Virus record (IMG/VR): IMGVR_UViG_3300043959_000228
Length of the DNA stretch: 64,000 nucleotides
Source: a virus
Lineage: Duplodnaviria > Caudoviricetes
Strand: one strand, 5' to 3'
Shown here: piece by piece, positions 57,453-64,000 of the stretch
Layout of the letters: every line of letters begins with the position of its first letter
Position numbering within the stretch: the stretch's first letter is position 1
Position numbers and translations under genes: made by a program
Notes under the pieces: generated by a model
Databases searched by the model: none
The model's input: only the letters and a program-made list of their open reading frames with translations
Told to the model about the DNA's origin: nothing

Positions 57453-58370
57453 TTGCTGAATGCAGAGGATCTGAATATTGATCGTTCAGATATTATGACC
57501 ATGGCTATCATCGATTTAGGCCCCGATCTACCAGAATACGTTGAACGATCTAAACATTATCTTCATGATATGATGAATATGACCTTTCCACCAGACGTAC
57601 TTATGATTCAGGGCGTTAGGTGTGATACGCCGTCAATCTTATCTGATGTATCTCGATGCGGCTATCAAATTCATGATACGACGAGTGATACTGGCCTTGT
57701 TCATCGGAACACCACTGCTATCCATGAACACTTAGAGTTTGATCATAGCGAGAATCTTGAAATGAGCATGGTCGGTCGTGATGGTCGCTCACATCATATC
57801 GCACCAGACTGTTTGATTGATGTCATTAAACATCATGGCTGGACCATTCGATTATACAATTATGAATCATTAGATGGGCCGTTCTATGAACATCATCGTT
57901 CTCATCTATCAAGTTTGATTATTAACGATGCGTATCTTCATCAAAGGAAGGATCCAGAATATCTTCATGGTCTAATGTATCTTGGTGGGGATCTCCATGC
58001 TGATGATACGCATGATAGCGTTCGATTGTTACTAGGAAGGTCAATACAGCAAGGATGTGATCCGAGCGCTTGGATTGACGTATGGCCGATTCTACATAGT
58101 GATGATCATATGGATGGTTCAACCGAACGTCAGACATCAGTATTAGACAGTAGCGTTAAGATACCTCAATTGGTGAGAGCACGAAGAAACACTTTCTTCA
58201 TGGCTTATGGTGATGTCCTAGGAAGAGCTGGATCACCAATAACGATAGATTTGAATGGTAATACAACGACTGATGAAGGCATACCGTACTCGAATGATTA
58301 TGGCCTGACAATGGACGTTTGGATACCACCATTTAATAGGTTCACTACTAACGACGATGAAGAGGAGTAA
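57453..58370 (+). CDS. Degenerate endonuclease/exonuclease/phosphatase (EEP)-fold protein
   Basis: 'PDVLMIQGV', 'LGGDLHA', 'WIDVW' and 'YSNDYGL' align with EEP motifs (LQE, GDFN, SDH) but carry substitutions. Confidence 0.55.
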   Translation: MLNAEDLNIDRSDIMTMAIIDLGPDLPEYVERSKHYLHDMMNMTFPPDVLMIQGVRCDTPSILSDVSRCGYQIHDTTSDTGLVHRNTTAIHEHLEFDHSENLEMSMVGRDGRSHHIAPDCLIDVIKHHGWTIRLYNYESLDGPFYEHHRSHLSSLIINDAYLHQRKDPEYLHGLMYLGGDLHADDTHDSVRLLLGRSIQQGCDPSAWIDVWPILHSDDHMDGSTERQTSVLDSSVKIPQLVRARRNTFFMAYGDVLGRAGSPITIDLNGNTTTDEGIPYSNDYGLTMDVWIPPFNRFTTNDDEEE

Positions 58371-58378
58371 GTAAACAG

Positions 58379-59521
58379 ATGAATATCAATGAAGTCTTAA
58401 GACGCTACGATGATCATAGGCTAACTGTGGAGCCAGATTGGTCGTCAGTATCTATTCAAGAAGTACCAACGCCATGGAATGAGGGTCATGGTCATACGAT
58501 ACAAGCCACTTTCAGTGATCCTGTTCTTACGGGATATCGTGCAATGATCATTGAAGACACTATTGATCATGAGCCAGAACAAGATGAGGATCTTATTTCT
58601 CCTCATCGTATCACGACTATGGTCGTTCGATATCCTAGGATGATTCTCCCAGAGTTCAATACGCATAGAGTATTCAGTAGGAATAGTGCTTCGAGTAGAG
58701 CGCGGAGCATCAAGACGACTTTACGTCCAGTCATTGAGGATCCGATGATTCCATTATGGACGCAGAATCAGAAGGGCATGGGCGGATCGTTCGCTACTAT
58801 TGATCATGCTCGATCAGCTGCTGTAACGTGGATGAAGGCTCGTGATGCTGCTGTTGAAAGCATGTTACGATTACTCATGAGCCCATCAGAAGTTTCAGAT
58901 TACGCGCGGGTTGAGGATTGGGAGACGAGAGCTAATCGATACGATAGGGAGTATAAGGCCCAATCCGTGCCGAATGCTTGGTCAAATATTCATAAACAGG
59001 ACGCTAACAGGCTGTTGGAGCCATGGATGTGGCATGAAACTTTAGTTACATCAACGTATTGGAAGAATTTCTATGATCTGCGAATCAGTGAATATGCTCA
59101 ACCCGAGATCAAGGCTATTGCCATTCTGATGCAGGCCGTTATGAAGCAGAGTCTTGACCATCATGTTCTCCGATACGATGCTCTTCATATACCATTCATG
59201 GATAGGCAATCAGTTAACGACACTATTTCATGGGGAGATCTGGAAGAGATATTACTAGCTTCAGCTTCAGAATGTGCGAGAATATCCTATAATGATAGGG
59301 ACGTGATGAAGAATAAGGACCTCGGATTAGGTAGAAAATTGCTTGAACAAAAGCATATGAGTCCTTTTGAGCATATAGCTTGGTCGAGCGACGAATCGGA
59401 GTACGCCAAGTATCCAGCTATCATAGAAGCTATGGATTCAATTCATAATAGGAATCTTAGTTCTAATCTTAGTGATGACTGGATACAATTCCGACGCGTG
59501 GTCAGTGCACGAGAGCAATAA
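58379..59521 (+). CDS. thyX: Flavin-dependent thymidylate synthase ThyX (phage-type)
   Basis: 'RYPRMILPEFNTHRVFSRNSASSRA', 'NRLLEPW', 'AQPEI', 'CARISY' and 'HMSPFEH'. Confidence 0.88.
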   Translation: MNINEVLRRYDDHRLTVEPDWSSVSIQEVPTPWNEGHGHTIQATFSDPVLTGYRAMIIEDTIDHEPEQDEDLISPHRITTMVVRYPRMILPEFNTHRVFSRNSASSRARSIKTTLRPVIEDPMIPLWTQNQKGMGGSFATIDHARSAAVTWMKARDAAVESMLRLLMSPSEVSDYARVEDWETRANRYDREYKAQSVPNAWSNIHKQDANRLLEPWMWHETLVTSTYWKNFYDLRISEYAQPEIKAIAILMQAVMKQSLDHHVLRYDALHIPFMDRQSVNDTISWGDLEEILLASASECARISYNDRDVMKNKDLGLGRKLLEQKHMSPFEHIAWSSDESEYAKYPAIIEAMDSIHNRNLSSNLSDDWIQFRRVVSAREQ

Positions 59522-59554
59522 CGAGCATGGCGTCCTGTTGGTATAATGTTCCTT

Positions 59555-60820
59555 ATGGACAAAGGGCTTATCACAATTGCGCATCTATCAGATCTGCATT
59601 TAGGATACCACTCAGGACGTCGAAGAAACAAGAAGGGCGTTAATTGGCGTGAAGTTGATGGGTACGTCGCTTTCAAACGCATGGTTACAGACATCATCAA
59701 CGATGGTAGCATTGACGCTGTCCTCGTCGCTGGTGATGTCTTCCATACGCCTAATCCATCGGTGAGAACTGTTGGATTCGCTCAACGAGAGTTCCGGAGA
59801 CTAGCCGATGCTGGTTTGAGAGTATACATTCTTACTGGCAATCACGATGTGAGTGATGTTAAGACCGAGATGGCCGCGACTGCTCTTCTGAATGATCCTA
59901 GTAGACATATCTACGCGCATTGGGAGGCATACGCTGTCCACGAGATTGCTCCTAACGTATTACTACATATGGTCAGTCATCACCTATATCAAGAACAGGC
60001 TGCCACATGGGATACGATTAAGCCGAATGCTGGCGCAATCAATATCTTCTCGACACATGGTAGCGTTATCGACCCCATCACCAAGTTAGCTCTGCATACT
60101 GAGGCGTCACCACGCGAGGTCATCATACCAGATGAGATCGTTGAGGGGCGTGACTGGAATTACCGGTTGTTAGGTCATATTCACGAACGGGGCTTCGTCG
60201 GCAGTTCTGATGGTTTGCATGACACGGCTAAACTCAAAACCTATTACAATGGATCGGCTATAAGACGAGGATTCTCCGATGCTCCGGATCGATTGGATAG
60301 AGGATGGACAAAATGGACGATCTTACAATCTGGTATCATGATACCACAATTCAAAACTGTTGCACAGCGTCCACAGATTGATTTTCCGGTCATCAACGCT
60401 CAGGATCTCAGCGCGGCCGACGTGACTGATGTTATCATCGATAATCTTACGTCGTCGTTATCTGATGCAGGAGAGGATGATGGATCGGGGGAGTCATGGT
60501 CGGCCGCGCCTATACTGAGGCAGCGTGTGATGAATATCACGCCAGAGAAGAAACGGGCGATTGACTATCAAGCAATATCCAAATGGTCTAGTAAGGCTCT
60601 TACTTGGGGTCTCCCGATGAAGAATGATGATACGCCAGATGAGGAAGACAGCATCATTCGATTAGGCCAATCAACAGGAACGATATCTGAACAATTCGAT
60701 ACGTGGCTTAAAGATAGTGATGCTTACACTCGCTTACAGGACGCCATCAAGGAACAAGTCGCTGATGAGACGAAACGATTAATCAAACAAAGTCAAGACG
60801 CTGTTCTTGACGAGGCTTAA
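59555..60820 (+). CDS. SbcD/Mre11-like metallophosphoesterase nuclease
   Basis: 'SDLHLG', 'AGDVFH', 'GNHD', 'THG' and 'LGHIH'. Leaderless ATG 59555. Confidence 0.88.
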   Translation: MDKGLITIAHLSDLHLGYHSGRRRNKKGVNWREVDGYVAFKRMVTDIINDGSIDAVLVAGDVFHTPNPSVRTVGFAQREFRRLADAGLRVYILTGNHDVSDVKTEMAATALLNDPSRHIYAHWEAYAVHEIAPNVLLHMVSHHLYQEQAATWDTIKPNAGAINIFSTHGSVIDPITKLALHTEASPREVIIPDEIVEGRDWNYRLLGHIHERGFVGSSDGLHDTAKLKTYYNGSAIRRGFSDAPDRLDRGWTKWTILQSGIMIPQFKTVAQRPQIDFPVINAQDLSAADVTDVIIDNLTSSLSDAGEDDGSGESWSAAPILRQRVMNITPEKKRAIDYQAISKWSSKALTWGLPMKNDDTPDEEDSIIRLGQSTGTISEQFDTWLKDSDAYTRLQDAIKEQVADETKRLIKQSQDAVLDEA

Positions 60821-60833
60821 GGAGCAGAGACAA

Positions 60834-61787
60834 ATGGACAATCAAAAGCCAGACGTCGGGAAACAGGAAACTGATCAAGTAGCAATAGATGACACCAACG
60901 CTGTTCAGAAGGATCAGAAAGACTCCTCTAACGCCAATAAGAGAATGACCCTTAAATCGTTCTTCTGGTCATGGCGTCTTATCGTTGTCATACTAATATT
61001 CGTGTTGGCTATCGGAGGACCGATATCATGGGTAACATGGATACAGCCAATGATCGCAACAAATACAGCTAAGGAGATAGGATCAACAACCGTCGTATCG
61101 TATCAGCATTCATGGAAGAAGGGAACGCTCGATAAAACTCTTGTAGATGATCTTAATATTAACGAGTCTCAATACTCTCTCGTTTATAAGGATCAGGGAT
61201 TGACGACCAATAAATCTATTGGCCGATCTGGCGACACGTCATGTCTAGTATTCAAGGGTGATGGTAGGACACCGAATCATCATGTAAAACTCGTTCTATC
61301 ATTCGGTGATGATAAATCGAGGAATCTGTTATCAGAACAGGCGACACAATTAGCTTATGGTATGAAGAAGGGTACGATCAGCGTGGAGACATGTTTCCTG
61401 CTATCTGATACTGAGTATTCTGCATTAGCTCTTGAGGCGCTTGGTGAGATTGACTTCAATGATCCATCCTATACATGGCAGGCATTACAATCACTAGCTC
61501 AGGTTGACACATCGTCATTCAGTAATACCAACGATATGGTCAAGGCTATTCTCAAGATAGTATCATCGTTAAAGAATAGCGGATTCCAAGAAGGTACGAA
61601 GAGCACGATCAGCGAGAAATCCTTGAAAACTGGCTCGTTTATTCAATGGGCGAGAGTTATGACGAATGCGAATACCGTAAAGACCATACCAGCGTTCTTC
61701 TTGGACGGAGATAATCTTTCTAATATCAGCGATTTTAAGATGTATAACCCAGATGCGTTGTACCAGAAGATTGAGGCATTGAAGTAG
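60834..61787 (+). CDS. Membrane-anchored DsbA/thioredoxin-fold protein lacking CxxC
   Basis: TM, then 'VKLVLSFGDDKS...QL...KKGTISVE' and 'KTIPAFFLDG', which parallel actinobacterial DsbA but lack CxxC. Confidence 0.5.
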   Translation: MDNQKPDVGKQETDQVAIDDTNAVQKDQKDSSNANKRMTLKSFFWSWRLIVVILIFVLAIGGPISWVTWIQPMIATNTAKEIGSTTVVSYQHSWKKGTLDKTLVDDLNINESQYSLVYKDQGLTTNKSIGRSGDTSCLVFKGDGRTPNHHVKLVLSFGDDKSRNLLSEQATQLAYGMKKGTISVETCFLLSDTEYSALALEALGEIDFNDPSYTWQALQSLAQVDTSSFSNTNDMVKAILKIVSSLKNSGFQEGTKSTISEKSLKTGSFIQWARVMTNANTVKTIPAFFLDGDNLSNISDFKMYNPDALYQKIEALK

Positions 61788-61822
61788 TTCCCGTAAATTA
61801 AGCGAAGACATATCTTATTTGT

Positions 61823-63421
61823 ATGGCTATAGAAAAAGGACTTAAACGATTCCGACAGTCAGTGACGGATAAGTCAAGTTTAGATAACGATGTGAAAGAC
61901 GAGAGTATTCTACGTTCGAGAATGGCTTCTGAGAATAATACGATATCTCGATTAGACTTGCAGACATTAATGTCATCAAATGAGAATTTGATTAAGCCAT
62001 ATTGGGGTATCGTCCTATCCTGTGTGGAGTGGATTTATTCCGAGGCTAGTAATAAGGAGAGGGGTAGGCTTGTCTATTTACTAGCTGAGGGCGGATCTGC
62101 CGATAGGAGCACGAAGAAAGGACAGCAGAATTACGAGCGAGCGTCTGCAAGAATCAGGACGATGGCGTCTGAGTATCTTACTCGAAATAATCAGAGCATG
62201 TATGTCAATGGTCGTCAATTGCAGCCAGAGGTTGCGTATCAGTTAATCGTCAATGAAATGTTAGGACTGGGTATTATTGATCCTATTTGGAATAATACTG
62301 ATCCCAGATTCAAAGTCGAAGAGGTCTGGATTGATGGACCTGATCGAGTTCGTATATCAGTGAATGGTCAGAAGAAGATTGTTCGAGCGGCAAAATTTAA
62401 AGACGCTGATCATGTCATGGCTTTCTGTAACACTATTTTGCAACAGGCTAAGCGAGACGATCTTCATATCGATACGAAGCATCCTTATGTGGATGCCCGT
62501 CTAAAGGACTTATCCCGTGTAGCCATAGCGTCAACGGCTATCGTTCCAGGTGGCCCGATCGTGTCTATCAGGCGACATCCTACCGAGTACTTCACCATTA
62601 CTCAATTTGATCAATGGGGAACCTGCAATAAGGCTATGTGGTGTGATCTAGCCAAGTGGATGTCCGCTCGTCTTTCCATTCTTGTCATCGGTGAGACTGG
62701 ATCAGGTAAGACGTCCTTCCTTGATGCTCTATCAGGATTGTTCCCACAATCATCAAGAATCATGACCATTGAGGACGTACTTGAGTTGGAGCTGAATCCT
62801 AATAAGCCGTTTAAGGTTCCCGGTGGTGAGAAACGTGAGCCGAATAAGAGCGGTGAGGGTGGCTTCACTATTAGGGATCACGTTAAGATGAGTCTTCGTA
62901 TGGCCCCAGATATTGTGGTTATCGGTGAGGTCAGGGATCAGGCCGCGTACGATCTAGTCGACGCTGCTAACACTGGTCATAACGTGTTCTCAACCATTCA
63001 CGCTAACGGTCCTGACGATGCTATTGTACGATTAACGAACTTAATTTCCATGGGCGGTGAGATCAGTGGACCTAACGCTCTTCCTATGATTGCTTCTGCT
63101 TTTGATTTGATTGTGTATCTTGACCGTTTATCTGACGGATCACGTAAAGTTATGAACATTAGTGAGGTCGATTCATATCCTAAAATGAATCCAGCCACTG
63201 GCAATGTCACTGTAGCTACATTTCCATTATGGGAGTATCAGCAGACAGGCGTATCCAAGGATAGTCGAATCATCGGAGACTTCAAGAAAGTCGGTTCATT
63301 GAAACCTATTACAGTCGCCCGACATCGTATTGATTTCCTTCCTGATTTCTCATGGGATGATTGCGTGAAACTCGAAGGATTCCCGAATGGCATGGCCACT
63401 AAGATTCCGAGTAAATTCTAA
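61823..63421 (+). CDS. tadA: TadA/CpaF pilus assembly ATPase
   Basis: 'GLGIIDP', 'VDARL', 'SIRRH', 'GETGSGKTS', 'TIEDVLEL', 'SLRMAPD..VIGEVR' and 'NTGH...STIHAN'. Confidence 0.92.
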   Translation: MAIEKGLKRFRQSVTDKSSLDNDVKDESILRSRMASENNTISRLDLQTLMSSNENLIKPYWGIVLSCVEWIYSEASNKERGRLVYLLAEGGSADRSTKKGQQNYERASARIRTMASEYLTRNNQSMYVNGRQLQPEVAYQLIVNEMLGLGIIDPIWNNTDPRFKVEEVWIDGPDRVRISVNGQKKIVRAAKFKDADHVMAFCNTILQQAKRDDLHIDTKHPYVDARLKDLSRVAIASTAIVPGGPIVSIRRHPTEYFTITQFDQWGTCNKAMWCDLAKWMSARLSILVIGETGSGKTSFLDALSGLFPQSSRIMTIEDVLELELNPNKPFKVPGGEKREPNKSGEGGFTIRDHVKMSLRMAPDIVVIGEVRDQAAYDLVDAANTGHNVFSTIHANGPDDAIVRLTNLISMGGEISGPNALPMIASAFDLIVYLDRLSDGSRKVMNISEVDSYPKMNPATGNVTVATFPLWEYQQTGVSKDSRIIGDFKKVGSLKPITVARHRIDFLPDFSWDDCVKLEGFPNGMATKIPSKF

Positions 63422-63443
63422 CCATCCTTGATATCTACATCAT

Positions 63444-64000
63444 ATGACGAACATATTCTCGAATAACGCGATGCTCCTTGTCGAAGGAGCTGTAGCTTTA
63501 GCTTGTGTAGGCTTGGTCTTATTAGTGGCCATGCTCATATCAAATTATTGGTCTAAATACTCCGCCAAGGTTGCTTTAGATCGACAATTTGATGAACAGT
63601 TCTCACCCGAAATTGGTGTTGAACAGAAAACGAAGAAAAATAATTTCATGCTGAAATGGGATAAATTCTGGGAGAAACGTCTTGTTGATTCCGGTATTAA
63701 TTTCATGGCGGCCAATCGATCTAACGCTGGCAAGATAGTTATTTATTTTGATATAGCTGCTCTAGCCCTGTTAACGCTAATCTTCGGTGGATCTATCCTA
63801 GGTGCGGCGATTATCGTTGTAGCGGCTAATATTATAGCCGCCTACGCTCTAGGATTCATAGCCAACAAGAAACTACAGACCCTATCTGGTCAAGTCCCTG
63901 AATTCCTATCAGCTCTTAGTGCTGCAAACGACGCCTCTGGTGCCTTGCAGCCATCATTGATACAGGCCATAGGGACAACACCGAATGAATTGCACGAGGA
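63444..64000 (+). CDS. TadB-like pilus platform protein (runs off window; absent from ORF track)
   Basis: Open frame from ATG 63444: MTNIFSNNAMLLVEG... with TMs and a T2SSF start 'QVPEFLSALSAA...LQPSLIQAI...PNELHE', directly after tadA. Confidence 0.8.
   Translation, partial: MTNIFSNNAMLLVEGAVALACVGLVLLVAMLISNYWSKYSAKVALDRQFDEQFSPEIGVEQKTKKNNFMLKWDKFWEKRLVDSGINFMAANRSNAGKIVIYFDIAALALLTLIFGGSILGAAIIVVAANIIAAYALGFIANKKLQTLSGQVPEFLSALSAANDASGALQPSLIQAIGTTPNELHE

Noticed and set aside
336-63733. Numerous short ORFs antisense to or nested in long genes in the ORF track (e.g. 9752-10153, 17201-17614, 33775-34221)
   Set aside because: They are shadows of well-supported genes, with no RBS/promoter geometry or recognisable motifs.

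Overview
This window looks like a segment of a large, low-GC (roughly low-40s % by eye) conjugative megaplasmid or giant extrachromosomal element. The host is probably actinobacterial and most likely Bifidobacteriaceae: the RarA and Nudix proteins look bifidobacterial, and many genes appear to be leaderless. Almost all genes are on the + strand. Transfer functions: three paralogous giant VirB6/TrbL-like membrane proteins, a lysozyme-CHAP wall hydrolase, TcpC/VirB8-like and TcpD/VirB2-like proteins, and Tad pilus genes (TadG/E-like, TadA, TadB). Cell wall functions: a DivIVA-domain protein, a class A PBP and an L,D-transpeptidase. Nucleotide and NAD metabolism: PnuC-Nudix-NadR, dCMP deaminase, ThyX and PIN-PhoH. 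Replication and recombination: beta clamp, DnaB with a loader-like gene, SSB, HU, RarA, RadA, a RecB-like nuclease and SbcD. The main unexplained signals are five. (1) A solo, catalytically intact TnpB has a clear omegaRNA scaffold, and its predicted guide (TATAATGTATCATT) matches a -10 box upstream of tnpB itself and the core of a dispersed repeat. (2) A three-copy ~130-bp intergenic element contains a covarying hairpin. (3) A second promoter class, (G/C)ATATCT-N7-start, sits in front of transfer and pilus genes. (4) Two unrelated proteins share a Cys/His N-terminal leader. (5) A catalytically dead NlpC/P60 domain is inserted into one VirB6-like protein. No rRNA, tRNA, CRISPR array, relaxase, VirB4 or phage structural genes were recognised. 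All family assignments come from motif recognition by eye, not database searches.
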